From Candidatus Omnitrophota bacterium (GTDB lineage: Bacteria > Omnitrophota > Gorgyraeia > Gygaellales > Profunditerraquicolaceae): a stretch of 64,000 nucleotides of DNA. The stretch lies in contig JBAZLB010000004.1 of NCBI GenBank assembly GCA_041650495.1, positions 39,281 through 103,280 on the forward strand. Reading direction: 5' to 3'. Position numbers and translations under genes: made by a program. Numbering within the stretch: position 1 is the first letter of the stretch; each line of letters opens with the position of its first letter. The notes beneath the pieces were generated by a model. That model made no database searches, had not been told where the DNA came from, and was given only the letters and a program-made list of their open reading frames with translations. Below, in pieces: positions 1-9,877 of the stretch.

Positions 1-1194
1 TTGATTATTGATAAGGAATTCATTGCCTTTTCTTTGCAATAACGGCCCCTGCTTCATGGCAAGAGGATTGATTATCACAAAGCCATTTGATTCTTCATCA
101 TATAAATTTCCCCCCTTGTTTAACTTTACCCTGAGTGTATAAAAATCACTTTTAAAAATACCAGGATCCCAAATTCCACTTACGGTTATCTTTTGATTAG
201 GGATAAGCGCAACGAATTTATTTTTTGCATATACTAAGCGGTCATTCTTATCTAGCAGTTCAAATGTCAACTTGCCTGTTTCCCTATTTTTACCTGAATT
301 AATGACTTTAACTGAGAATCTTACTTTCTCTCTCTGGTAATATGCGGCAAATTCCGTATTCACATCGTATAAAACAAGGCCATATGAAAGATAATCTATG
401 ACCCGGCGTATAGTTTTTTGAGCAATATCAGACTGCGGATCCAATGGATGGAGCCTGCCTGAAGCTCCTATAAGACACCATTTATTGGGTATGTCTTTTA
501 TATTATTTATGTATGGATTTAGCCAGCTTTTTACTAGGCATATAGATGGGTTATTCTTTTTATCGGATATATTTCTTAAATAAAAAAAATCGCGCGCCGG
601 AATCCTATAGGGGAATACGTTCCCCTTCGAAGGTATAAGAGGGGATACGCCCATACTCGTCGTAACGGTTAAGCCCACGGTTGCTAAATCAGGGGTTTCG
701 TAATACTTAATCCCTAAAGGGGCTAGAAATTCTTTGTATGAATTTATCGTATCTATTACCTCCCACCGGCCGGAGATCTTAACTACGGGTTTCCAAAACG
801 GCTTGCCAGCCACATTGAATAATCCTCCCCCATTAAAAAGATAGTCCTTTATTGCGCCAGCCGCTTCATAGGGGAAAGTTTCACCATAGGGCAAGATTAA
901 AACATCAAAATTATGCGGATTAAAATATTCTTTATTGTTTAAATCAGATATCGTTAAAAACTTTATAGAAGCACAGGGCGTAAGAAGCTGGGATAGCCAT
1001 TCTGGAGTGAAAGAATCCGGGATGCCACAAGCAGGGAATCCTTCTTCTTTAAATATCCCGATTATATATTTTGATTCACCAAAAAGAGGGCGTCGATCAT
1101 CAGCGTATACCGTATTGCCATCAAACTGAAAGACAGCAATGAAATAACCCGCTAAAAGAATAACCCGGAGAAAATTAAATATCATTTTCTGCAT
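1..1194 (-). CDS. Secreted hypothetical protein, partial (start in window, C-terminus beyond the left edge)
   Basis: My own translation of the minus strand gives an open frame from the ATG at 1194-1192 to position 1 with no stop (MQKMIFNFLRVILLAGYFIAVFQFDGNTVYADD...). The N-terminus is hydrophobic and signal-peptide-like. The ORF is absent from the track because it runs off the edge. It sits tightly packed in front of the GT4 gene. Confidence 0.5.
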   Translation of the reverse strand, partial: MQKMIFNFLRVILLAGYFIAVFQFDGNTVYADDRRPLFGESKYIIGIFKEEGFPACGIPDSFTPEWLSQLLTPCASIKFLTISDLNNKEYFNPHNFDVLILPYGETFPYEAAGAIKDYLFNGGGLFNVAGKPFWKPVVKISGRWEVIDTINSYKEFLAPLGIKYYETPDLATVGLTVTTSMGVSPLIPSKGNVFPYRIPARDFFYLRNISDKKNNPSICLVKSWLNPYINNIKDIPNKWCLIGASGRLHPLDPQSDIAQKTIRRVIDYLSYGLVLYDVNTEFAAYYQREKVRFSVKVINSGKNRETGKLTFELLDKNDRLVYAKNKFVALIPNQKITVSGIWDPGIFKSDFYTLRVKLNKGGNLYDEESNGFVIINPLAMKQGPLLQRKGNEFLINNQ

Positions 1195-1207
1195 ACAGGA
1201 TCAACCG

Positions 1208-2389
1208 TTACCGTTTCTGTTGTATCCTTATTGCTTCGTTATATGCCTTTAATAAATTAGCGGCGGTGACATCCCAGTTATATTCTTCTTCAGCACGTTT
1301 ACGTGCCAACTTGCCTAATTCATTACGTAGTCTTTCGTTATCAAGCAATGTAACAATCCCCGCCGCTAACGAATCTGCATCCCCTGGGATGGTCAATAAA
1401 CCGGCCCCTTTCAACATATGCGCAGCCTCTCCAACGTCACTGGCGACAATAGCCTTACCGGAAGCCATATACTCGGCAATTTTAAGAGGACTCTTACATA
1501 AGACCGCTTCATTCCTTTCAAAACATGCAACACATATATCTGCAGATCCGACATAATGCGGAACTTCCTCATGTGGGACTGGCCCCGTAAAGATTATCCG
1601 GTCTTCTAACTTCAACTGAGAAACAAACTTCTTTAAAACCGGTGCCTGATAGCCGTCGCCTACGATCATAAAAAATACTTCCCGCTTATGCTTATACACA
1701 AGATTATATGCTGCCCGTATAAAAAGGTCTACATATTGGCCTCCGTGGAGCTGGCCTAAATATAAAACCAACGGTTTTCTAATAGAGAACCGTTTTTTTA
1801 TACTATCCCCGTATAAAGCAGGATTGAATTTCTCACCGTCTGCTCCTACCCGTGCCTTAAAAATGCGTTTCTCATCAATGCCTCTTTTTTTACATTCCTG
1901 CTCAAGGCGTACACTTGCTACCGATATAGTATCGACAACCTTTGGGATCATTATCTCTAAAAAATTTATGTACGCGCGTATGAAATTCCTAAATATACCG
2001 CCGGATGTAGAAAGTTCAAATATCTTTGTTTCCCAATCATCCCAATCATAATGCAAAGGTTTACTGGCAAGTCTGGCCGATACTATTGCCGGTACAGCCG
2101 CATGATAAAAGCATTTTTGAATATGGATAATCTCAGCCCATCGCGCTATATCCCATAACTTGATTATATTAAAAATCAAATGGTGGATACCCGCCCTCCT
2201 GCAGAAAGGAATAGCCACCACGCGCGGGCATATTTCCTTAAGAGAAGCCGGCTCTCTTGAAAGGGGAAAATATATTATTTTTACCGTATGGCCTTTTTGC
2301 GCAAACGTCTTCGCAAGGGCAACAACGCGCACAGTCCATGGCTCAAAAGAAGAATATATATCATGGGGATGGACCATCGCAATATTCAT
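1208..2389 (-). CDS. Glycosyltransferase family 4 (GT-B, retaining type)
   Basis: 393 aa. The C-terminal region IAEYMASGKAIVASDVGE...LLTIPGDADSLAAGIVTLL is a typical GT4 nucleotide-sugar-binding block (E-x7-E neighbourhood). Confidence 0.7.
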   Translation of the reverse strand: MNIAMVHPHDIYSSFEPWTVRVVALAKTFAQKGHTVKIIYFPLSREPASLKEICPRVVAIPFCRRAGIHHLIFNIIKLWDIARWAEIIHIQKCFYHAAVPAIVSARLASKPLHYDWDDWETKIFELSTSGGIFRNFIRAYINFLEIMIPKVVDTISVASVRLEQECKKRGIDEKRIFKARVGADGEKFNPALYGDSIKKRFSIRKPLVLYLGQLHGGQYVDLFIRAAYNLVYKHKREVFFMIVGDGYQAPVLKKFVSQLKLEDRIIFTGPVPHEEVPHYVGSADICVACFERNEAVLCKSPLKIAEYMASGKAIVASDVGEAAHMLKGAGLLTIPGDADSLAAGIVTLLDNERLRNELGKLARKRAEEEYNWDVTAANLLKAYNEAIRIQQKR

Positions 2390-2501
2390 TTAGCCCCCGG
2401 GAAATATGACTATCTTTCTAATTTTTTTCATTAAAAAAAGGCATACATCTACGGGAATTACAACCAATACCAAAATGACCGTAAAGAAAATCTTAGAACG
2501 G

Positions 2502-3458
2502 CTATAGAGAGAGCGCATCGATTATCTTCCTGATCTGTTTTGCCATGACTTTATTAAAACGCGGCCCCGGGTGCCCGTCCAGGGTTCTATCATTAAGCGC
2601 ATCGTTATCAAGCAATTCATAGGCGTTAAAATAGTAGACATTCTTCTGGAAACAATACTGCTTTAACCAAAGGGCATATTTTTCAATACGGTAATCAACA
2701 TCGTAAACGATTACAATTATTTTTGTTTTGTCCTGAGAGATACCCGAAAGAAGCTTATCCAAAGGATACTGTATATATTCCCGGAAGCGGGTTTGTGATA
2801 AATCCCGATATATCCGCGCATATACCTGGCTAAGGGCATACTGAATAATTCTGTTTTTGCTAAAAATCCCGGTAAACGGCCACACAACATAACGATAATC
2901 CGCTTCTATTTGCATTTTTATTTTACGTTCAATAATTGCAGAGGCACAAATATCATTTTTTAAAAAAATCTCAAAAATGATTAACCGGGGCTGGTTTATT
3001 TCGGAAGATTTTAGAAAATACCTACTTACGGAATCACAAACATTATTCCCTGGTAATGAGAGATTTATATAACGCCTTTTTAAATCGCCCTGGTTTAAGA
3101 AATAGGAAATTGTTTCGGCATCACCCGCTCCTACACCGAAAAAGAATGAATCCCCCAATAAAACGACTGGATTCTTATCTTTCTTTGATACTTCAAATAT
3201 ATCCCGTGCACCCAAGGCATTAATATGAGCGTAGAAACGACGGCCAGATGTATCTGTATACGGTATTTCTCCCCCCGGAGAAAACCCCGCCACACAAAAG
3301 TCGTCTTTATTTGGAGTGTAATGAATAGGTTCGATTTTTTTTAAATCGGGAAATCTATATTTTATAAGAAGTTGACATATCAACAGAACCTGGAGTAATA
3401 CACATCCCCCTATGCCTACCAATATAAAAAACCCTATTCTTCTTACAAATGCACTCAT
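2502..3458 (-). CDS. SGNH/GDSL-family hydrolase with N-terminal membrane anchor
   Basis: N-terminal TM helix. Block I is VVLLGDSFFFG and C-terminal block V is LDGHPGPRFNKVMAKQI (DxxH). 318 aa. Confidence 0.6.
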   Translation of the reverse strand: MSAFVRRIGFFILVGIGGCVLLQVLLICQLLIKYRFPDLKKIEPIHYTPNKDDFCVAGFSPGGEIPYTDTSGRRFYAHINALGARDIFEVSKKDKNPVVLLGDSFFFGVGAGDAETISYFLNQGDLKRRYINLSLPGNNVCDSVSRYFLKSSEINQPRLIIFEIFLKNDICASAIIERKIKMQIEADYRYVVWPFTGIFSKNRIIQYALSQVYARIYRDLSQTRFREYIQYPLDKLLSGISQDKTKIIVIVYDVDYRIEKYALWLKQYCFQKNVYYFNAYELLDNDALNDRTLDGHPGPRFNKVMAKQIRKIIDALSL

Positions 3459-3533
3459 TGTACTTGCTAACTCGCTTATTGCTAATCAGCTATTCGATCG
3501 CCATATGGCAGATTTATTTTATTGCCAGGCATG

Positions 3534-5261
3534 TTAACGCAAAAATCTGTAAAGCCCGAACCGGTAGAGATTATCAAGATTTGTTATCAATGTTTGATGA
3601 TTATCGCAATGCTCACAATGTTCATCGTATAATTTAACACCGTTTAAAAAAGTATATCCTTTATTTTCTTTAAGAAATTTTGCTTTTATCCTATACCTGC
3701 GATATTCCCGGGAATTCCAGAGTTCTTTAAAAGACTGCTTGTTCAAATCGCCAACAGTCCTTAAATGACAGCACATACTCACGTCATAGAGGGCCGGTAT
3801 AAGACAAAAATACCATCCTATCGTACATCCCTCTTGAAGAAAAATATCCTTCGACCATGCCCCCGTGTCTTTGTCGTAATGCTCAAGTTGAAACATAATA
3901 TTATCAACGAAATCTATGCCATTCTCCATGAATATTTTAGTCGCAATCGGTAAGTCCTTCTTAATAACTTCTATTTCCCGTTCGCTCAGTTTAAGGGATT
4001 GATTATTATCGTCTAGCCTAATAAGATAGAAGCGGGCAGCATCCGCTCCTATTTCCGCATCAACCTTAGCCATTTCAATAAGTTCGTGATAATTAAGGGC
4101 ATGGATAACATGCGTCATTTTCAGGCGGGGCTCTAATTTACCCTGTTCCTTTCTGATCCGCACCAATGTTTTAAGATTTACTATTATAGTATTAAATGTC
4201 GCCTCGGTGCCGATTGTGGTCACCTGGGCATATGTAGCAGACGTGCCGGATGGAAAGCTGCAATAAATTTCCTTTACCCCCAAATCTATTAATTCCCTTG
4301 ATTCTTTTTCATGAATCAATGAACCGTTTGTAAAAAAAAGTACACCAATATCCTTACTCCGAGCGTATCTAAGCATATCAAAGAATTTATCATAAAGAAG
4401 CGGTTCCCCGTCTCCTTGCAAGATAATACCATCGACCTTAAGCTCTGCAGAATCGTCAATAATGCTTTTAAACTTTTCTAGGCTAAATTTTCGCTCCAAG
4501 AATCCTTCTCTGTGCTGTATAGCTGGGTTATGCACAAAACAATGCCTGCATTGTATATTGCAGCGATGATAAGGATCAAAGACTATTGTCTGCGGCCCTA
4601 TAAAGGCATGCTCGGCGATGACCCCTAATAATCTTACCAGGTCTCTATCTGAAACTTTTTCTCTTTGCATGTGAAACTGAATGATCTGTAAGATTTCAAT
4701 TAACTCCTCATCGCATAAAAATAACTCGATGGAGGCGTTTTCTATTGCCTCCTGTATCCCCCGAATATATTCTATGAAATTGTGGATTATTTTATCAACC
4801 GGAAAGACATTAAAAGACTCCTCCAGAGACCGACAATCAACCCCTTTAAGACGCATACACAGTTTTACCATCTCATTGATACAGAAGAAGTTATGGCGAG
4901 TTACGCCTATCTTAAAAACAACATTTTTATCTAGCACCGCCATTGATTCCAATCGTTTTATTGTCTCATCGAAGGTACCGTCTTTTCCAATTATTCTTTC
5001 ATGCAGTTCATCAAAATGACCAAAGATACATTCATTATCCTGTTTCAACCCGGGATCAAAAGGCAAAAGATTCATTAATATTTCTAACTCGGTGCGATTT
5101 GCCATTATTATATTCATGTATTCATTGAGTCTTTTAGGGTCATTCAGGCGGACAACCACATCATCCAGTCTTTTCAAGATAGTCCGCAGGCTAAGCCTCC
5201 TGGTTCTTATGGATTCTTTACCCCGCACTGTAATCTTTCTCTCCCAAACATTCTTCCTCAT
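3534..5261 (-). CDS. Radical SAM protein, family B (SPASM-like C-terminus) with ~230-aa N-terminal extension
   Basis: CxxxCxxC at HRCNIQCRHCF. The GDGEPLL SAM motif is present. The C-terminal Cys-rich block GCTIGWYFCLIPALYDVSMCCHL...EHCEHCDNHQ matches the paralogs at 21179..22636 and 17294..18502. Confidence 0.75.
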   Translation of the reverse strand: MRKNVWERKITVRGKESIRTRRLSLRTILKRLDDVVVRLNDPKRLNEYMNIIMANRTELEILMNLLPFDPGLKQDNECIFGHFDELHERIIGKDGTFDETIKRLESMAVLDKNVVFKIGVTRHNFFCINEMVKLCMRLKGVDCRSLEESFNVFPVDKIIHNFIEYIRGIQEAIENASIELFLCDEELIEILQIIQFHMQREKVSDRDLVRLLGVIAEHAFIGPQTIVFDPYHRCNIQCRHCFVHNPAIQHREGFLERKFSLEKFKSIIDDSAELKVDGIILQGDGEPLLYDKFFDMLRYARSKDIGVLFFTNGSLIHEKESRELIDLGVKEIYCSFPSGTSATYAQVTTIGTEATFNTIIVNLKTLVRIRKEQGKLEPRLKMTHVIHALNYHELIEMAKVDAEIGADAARFYLIRLDDNNQSLKLSEREIEVIKKDLPIATKIFMENGIDFVDNIMFQLEHYDKDTGAWSKDIFLQEGCTIGWYFCLIPALYDVSMCCHLRTVGDLNKQSFKELWNSREYRRYRIKAKFLKENKGYTFLNGVKLYDEHCEHCDNHQTLITNLDNLYRFGLYRFLR

Positions 5262-7806
5262 AACAACAATTAATAATCTGATGGCAATTTTTATTACATT
5301 TTTTCACTTCTTCCCTGATTTTCTCCGCTGTCTCGGAAAACCATATGTCATAAATATCCCTCTCAAGAACATTCCCGATTGAATCCATCTCTTCGCAGAA
5401 CGTAACATTACCTTTCTCATTGATGCTCAGGAATGAATATCCCATATTGCAGGTGATATGCTTACGGATATATTGATTCGGGTCCGCATAGTACTTTTTA
5501 TAATTCACCAGTTGAGAAACGGGATTGCCTAACTTGTGGTATCCGGACATCTTCATTTCAATTAATTTATCAATGATGTCGTGTAACTGCTGCTTGTCCT
5601 GAGGCCATAACGTTTTACTTCCCGGCCTTTTATACCACCCTGCATCTTTTTCATACCCGCGCGGCTGGATCAAGCCTAAGAAATTTATAAGATTAATCTT
5701 TTTATTCCCTTGGACCCATGTTAAGAGCGGAATAACATCATCCAAATTCTCTTGCAGTATTATCATAAGTAAATTTATTTCTGTTTGCGGGGCATAGCGA
5801 TGCAACAATTCTATTGCCTCCATGACTTTAACATAAGACCCGTCTACGCCCCTTATGAAATCATGCCGCTCCTTATTGAGACTATCTAAAGAAAGCGCGA
5901 TTGTCCGTAACCCCGATTCCCCTATAGATTGCGCCTGCTTTTTATCAATTAAATAGCCATTAGAACATACCGCGGTCAAAAACCCGTTATCATTAGCAAA
6001 TCTAATTAAGTCAGTTAAGCCTTCTTTTAAAAACGGTTCTCCGCCGGCAAAATTTATCTGGCAATGGTTATCGGCTACGCGTTTAAAAGCAAGCAAAAAA
6101 TCTTTCCATTGCCCTGATGTAAGTTCTTCATTGCTATCCTGCTTCCAGATTTGACACATCTTACATCTAAAATTACACCTATATACTATTCCTAATGCAC
6201 AAAAACGCGGCCTTATGATTTCCAGGGCTTCTTGGCGGGATAAATGCTTACTATAAGAACCGGAAGACACGCACGCCAGATCGTAACGGCGCTTCTCCCG
6301 CATCGCTTTATCTAGCTCTCTTTTAAGTTCTTCCCGACGGGGGGCCATCTTTAGGGCTTCCTTCAATTCTCTTATAGCTTCATCAAATTGATGCTGTTTT
6401 AAGAATATGCCGCTTAAGCCGATATACGAATCTATTGATCCGGAGGCTATCTGCCTGAAATCTAAATACAGCTGCTTTGCCTCTTCATACCGATTATATT
6501 GTTTATATATACTCGCTAAGCCGTTCAACGCGCTGATATCTCCGGGATCAATATCCGACATTCTCTTATAGGCTGCTTCAGCTCTATCATAGTCTTTTCT
6601 CTCATAACAAAGTTCCGCTAAACAACCTAACGCTGGCTTACTTCTGCTGTCTATCTTAAGAATATCTTCACATAGCTGTTCTGAGGAATCGTATAGTTTG
6701 TTTTCTTTATAGCAGGCCGCAAGCAGTTCCATTGTTTTTATATCTCCGGGAGAGAGGACTAATATTCTTTCATATAAACCTGCGGCTTTGCCGGGTAGCG
6801 TTTGGCTATAATATAAATCAGCGAGCTGCTTAAGCAATGTTATACAAGCAGGCTCTAAACGTAATCCATGATGATAAAGTGCGATTGCTTTATCGTAACC
6901 GCCGTGTCTCTGATAGGCCTGAGCTAATTTCTCCAGCCATACCAATCTCTCCCCGCCCTTGTTAAAGAACGCCTTAATTAATCTTTCGGCTTCTTTAAGC
7001 CGCTGCTGCTGCAATAAATAATTACCTACTGCAGAGATACCCTCGGTAGTGCTCCTGTCAAGCCTCAACCCTTTGCGATAAACCTTGATGCCTTGGCTTG
7101 TCTTGCCCATTTTCACTAAGGCACCGCCGTGTCTCTGATAGGCCTGAGCTAATTTCTCCAGCCATACCAATCTCTCCCCGCCCTTGTTAAAGAACGCCTT
7201 AATTAATCTTTCGGCTTCTTTAAGCCGCTGCTGCTCTAATAAATAATTACCTACTGTAGAGATACCCTCGGTAGTGCTCCTGTCAAGCCTCAACCCTTTG
7301 CGATAAACCTTGATGCCTTGGCTTGTCTTGCCCATTTTCACTAAGGCACCGGCTAACCCTTTATACACAGGACTTCCTGATGGCATGGTCTTTAATGCCT
7401 TGCGAAACATGTTTTTAGCTTCTTTATATTGCCCAGCCATATCGAGTAAAACCCCTAAATTATACTGGGCCCACCCATGATTTTTGTTTATTAGCAATAT
7501 TTCCTGGCTTAAACGTAGAGAATCGGAATATTGTCCTGTTTGTCTGGAAATATCTGCCAAGCCATACAAGGCTGTTTCGTTTTTCGTATCAAGTGCAATG
7601 GCTTCCTTAAAATACTCTGCGGCCTCTGTATATCTGCTTTGTTCTCTTAAAGTTTGCCCCATAAAAATAAAAACATCGGGATCAGAAGATCCTTTGCTAA
7701 GGATTTCTTTAAAACATTTAACGGCCTCAGTATACTCTCCGGCAAAAAAATGCGACCTACCTCTTGTTTTAAGATCGGAATGGGTTGTTTTGGTTTCTAG
7801 TGGCAT
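5218..7806 (-). CDS. TPR-repeat (~520 aa) fused to family-A radical SAM domain
   Basis: 862 aa. The N-terminal half is TPR-like helical repeats with a duplicated 75-aa segment. The C-terminal half carries FCALGIVYRCNFRCKMCQIW (CxxxCxxC), FAGGEPFL and the terminal motif CNKNCHQIINC shared with the five stand-alone family-A paralogs. Confidence 0.8.
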   Translation of the reverse strand: MPLETKTTHSDLKTRGRSHFFAGEYTEAVKCFKEILSKGSSDPDVFIFMGQTLREQSRYTEAAEYFKEAIALDTKNETALYGLADISRQTGQYSDSLRLSQEILLINKNHGWAQYNLGVLLDMAGQYKEAKNMFRKALKTMPSGSPVYKGLAGALVKMGKTSQGIKVYRKGLRLDRSTTEGISTVGNYLLEQQRLKEAERLIKAFFNKGGERLVWLEKLAQAYQRHGGALVKMGKTSQGIKVYRKGLRLDRSTTEGISAVGNYLLQQQRLKEAERLIKAFFNKGGERLVWLEKLAQAYQRHGGYDKAIALYHHGLRLEPACITLLKQLADLYYSQTLPGKAAGLYERILVLSPGDIKTMELLAACYKENKLYDSSEQLCEDILKIDSRSKPALGCLAELCYERKDYDRAEAAYKRMSDIDPGDISALNGLASIYKQYNRYEEAKQLYLDFRQIASGSIDSYIGLSGIFLKQHQFDEAIRELKEALKMAPRREELKRELDKAMREKRRYDLACVSSGSYSKHLSRQEALEIIRPRFCALGIVYRCNFRCKMCQIWKQDSNEELTSGQWKDFLLAFKRVADNHCQINFAGGEPFLKEGLTDLIRFANDNGFLTAVCSNGYLIDKKQAQSIGESGLRTIALSLDSLNKERHDFIRGVDGSYVKVMEAIELLHRYAPQTEINLLMIILQENLDDVIPLLTWVQGNKKINLINFLGLIQPRGYEKDAGWYKRPGSKTLWPQDKQQLHDIIDKLIEMKMSGYHKLGNPVSQLVNYKKYYADPNQYIRKHITCNMGYSFLSINEKGNVTFCEEMDSIGNVLERDIYDIWFSETAEKIREEVKKCNKNCHQIINCCYEEECLGEKDYSAG
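6901..7350. repeat. Direct tandem duplication, 2 x 225 bp, in-frame, inside the TPR region of the TPR-rSAM gene
   Basis: Sequence 6901-7125 is repeated at 7126-7350 with only about 2 mismatches (ctgcaataaa/ctctaataaa; ctgcagag/ctgtagag). In the protein, ...GGALVKMGKTSQGIKVYRKGLRLDRSTTEGIS.VGNYLL.QQRLKEAERLIKAFFNKGGERLVWLEKLAQAYQRHGG appears twice. Confidence 0.85.
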
Positions 7807-7820
7807 ATAAACAGCCTAAA

Positions 7821-8828
7821 TTAATAAATGTACACTTCTGAAGGGTCAAAATTACAATTGACCATGGATTGACAATTCCGTTTGCACTGCGCTATCTTTT
7901 CCCGTATCATTTCCGCTTTTGAGGAATTCCACACGGTGTTAATATCGTCATATTTAATGTTTCCGATCGGTTCCATGTAAAAACATATCCTTATTTCTCC
8001 CGTAGGAGTTATGTTAATGGCCTGGGTGTCAATATGGCACTTTTTCTGCTTAACAAAGTCATTGGGATTATGAAAATATGCTTTAAATACCTGCAGTTGG
8101 GGCAAAGAATTTCCAAGCTTGTTAAACCCGGATTCTTTCATCTTGATAAGCCCGTTCATAATTTTGTCAACTTTTTTAAGGTCTATAGGCCATAAGGAAC
8201 TATACCGGCTGTCAGTATACCAGTGCAAATCTTCTGGTGTACTAAACGGTTGTGTGATAGCCTGAAATCCCATTCCGTCTATCTTGTCATTCTCCTGTAT
8301 CCACCTGACAATATCCACAAGTTCATCAAGGTTTTCATTAGAAATAACGGTGCATATGCCTATCTTTACATCGCTGCTGTATTTATCCAGAAGCTCGATA
8401 GCCCTCATAACCTTCTGATATGCCCCTCTAACACCGCGGAGAGAATCATGGCGGTCTTCCCTGAGACTGTCTAAAGATATATTCACAGTGGTAACGCCTG
8501 AAGCCGCTATGTTCTCTGCCATTGTCTCATCGATAAGGAAGGCGTTAGTAGCAAGTAACGTAACAAAGCCATGTTTATGGGCATAGTTGATTAATTCCAA
8601 TGTTTCCGCACGTGCCAATGGCTCTCCTCCTGCAAAGTTTATTTGGGATTTATCTTTCATAAGAGAACGTAACGAATCAATAAAATACCTCCAGCGCTCT
8701 ATCGTTGGCTCAAGAGGATCCCGGGCCTTGATATCAGATTTCCACTTATAACACATACGACATCGCAAGAAGCAGCTTTCCAATAACGCTATACAGCAAT
8801 AAACAGGAGCTGATATATTTTTTTGCAT
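7821..8828 (-). CDS. Radical SAM protein, family A (MoaA/twitch-like, ~335 aa)
   Basis: N-terminal LLESCFLRCRMCYKW (CxxxCxxC at residues ~17-24), FAGGEPLA, and C-terminal Cys motif CKRNCQSMVNC. Confidence 0.8.
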   Translation of the reverse strand: MQKNISAPVYCCIALLESCFLRCRMCYKWKSDIKARDPLEPTIERWRYFIDSLRSLMKDKSQINFAGGEPLARAETLELINYAHKHGFVTLLATNAFLIDETMAENIAASGVTTVNISLDSLREDRHDSLRGVRGAYQKVMRAIELLDKYSSDVKIGICTVISNENLDELVDIVRWIQENDKIDGMGFQAITQPFSTPEDLHWYTDSRYSSLWPIDLKKVDKIMNGLIKMKESGFNKLGNSLPQLQVFKAYFHNPNDFVKQKKCHIDTQAINITPTGEIRICFYMEPIGNIKYDDINTVWNSSKAEMIREKIAQCKRNCQSMVNCNFDPSEVYIY

Positions 8829-8881
8829 AGGCCCTACGATACCGTCCTTACCATGCAGTGCATTGATAAATACTAACCTAC

Positions 8882-9877
8882 CTACTCAGAGTCTCCATGG
8901 TAATAACAATTGACAAGAAAATGGCAATTTTTATCACACGCCGCAATACGTCTTTTTACCGTATCTGCTTTCTCTGAAAGCCATATATTCTGCATGGTAT
9001 CATCTTTTATGTTTCCTATGTCCCCCATTTCATCGCATAAGGAAACATGGCCATCCCAAGTGATCCTTATGGCATTGTCACCAAGATGGCACCTGCGTGG
9101 TTTTATGAATCCTTGCGGGTTCATTAAGTATAACTTAAATAATTCGAGCTGATATATCGGATTGCCTATTTTGAAGCCATCATGGTGTGACTGTCTTAAC
9201 GCAATCAACTCATCTATAACAAGGTTTGCCGCATTATTATCACTGGGCCATAAACCGGCGTATTCATCCAGAATATGCCACTCCTCAGGCACATGGGCAT
9301 TAAACGGTTTCTGTATTACCTGAAAGATTACGCCGTCTAACTTAGGATGGTTGTAAACCCATTTTGTGAAATATATTATTTCTGAGATGTTAATACCCAT
9401 GATTATCGTAAGGATATTTATGATAGAATCGGGGCAATAACGGTCAATAAGGTCTATTGCCCGCATAGCCCGATCCCAACAGCCTTGCTTGCCTCTCAGA
9501 TAATCATGCGTATACTTATCAAGGCTATCAAGAGAAATACCGATAGTGTTAACCCCTGCCTGCGATATTTCCCTGACCTTATCCTCATCCAATAAATAGG
9601 CATTGGTGGATAGGCAACTTTTAAATCCTAAGTCTTGACAAATCTTAAGGATCCCCAAAAAATTGTGGTTAAGCAGTGGTTCCCCTCCCCCAAAACTAAC
9701 AAAAAACGGGTCTTCTACAAAATCCCGCAGTTCATATAAGAATTTTTTATAGGCCTTAAGATCAAGCCAGTTTGTTTCATGGAATGAACGGGTATCCTGC
9801 CAGATATGGCACATTTTACACCGCAACATACACTGGTGGGATATCGCTATATCGCAATGTCTTGGCTTATATATCAT
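8882..9877 (-). CDS. Radical SAM protein, family A
   Basis: ISHQCMLRCKMCHIW, FGGGEPLL, C-terminal CDKNCHFLVNC. Its start overlaps the upstream gene stop by 4 nt (ATGA coupling). Confidence 0.8.
   Translation of the reverse strand: MIYKPRHCDIAISHQCMLRCKMCHIWQDTRSFHETNWLDLKAYKKFLYELRDFVEDPFFVSFGGGEPLLNHNFLGILKICQDLGFKSCLSTNAYLLDEDKVREISQAGVNTIGISLDSLDKYTHDYLRGKQGCWDRAMRAIDLIDRYCPDSIINILTIIMGINISEIIYFTKWVYNHPKLDGVIFQVIQKPFNAHVPEEWHILDEYAGLWPSDNNAANLVIDELIALRQSHHDGFKIGNPIYQLELFKLYLMNPQGFIKPRRCHLGDNAIRITWDGHVSLCDEMGDIGNIKDDTMQNIWLSEKADTVKRRIAACDKNCHFLVNCYYHGDSE

Noticed and set aside
935-1129. Plus-strand ORF (64 aa) from the track
   Set aside because: It lies entirely inside a long uninterrupted minus-strand reading frame (1..1194) that has a signal-peptide N-terminus. 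It is a shadow ORF.
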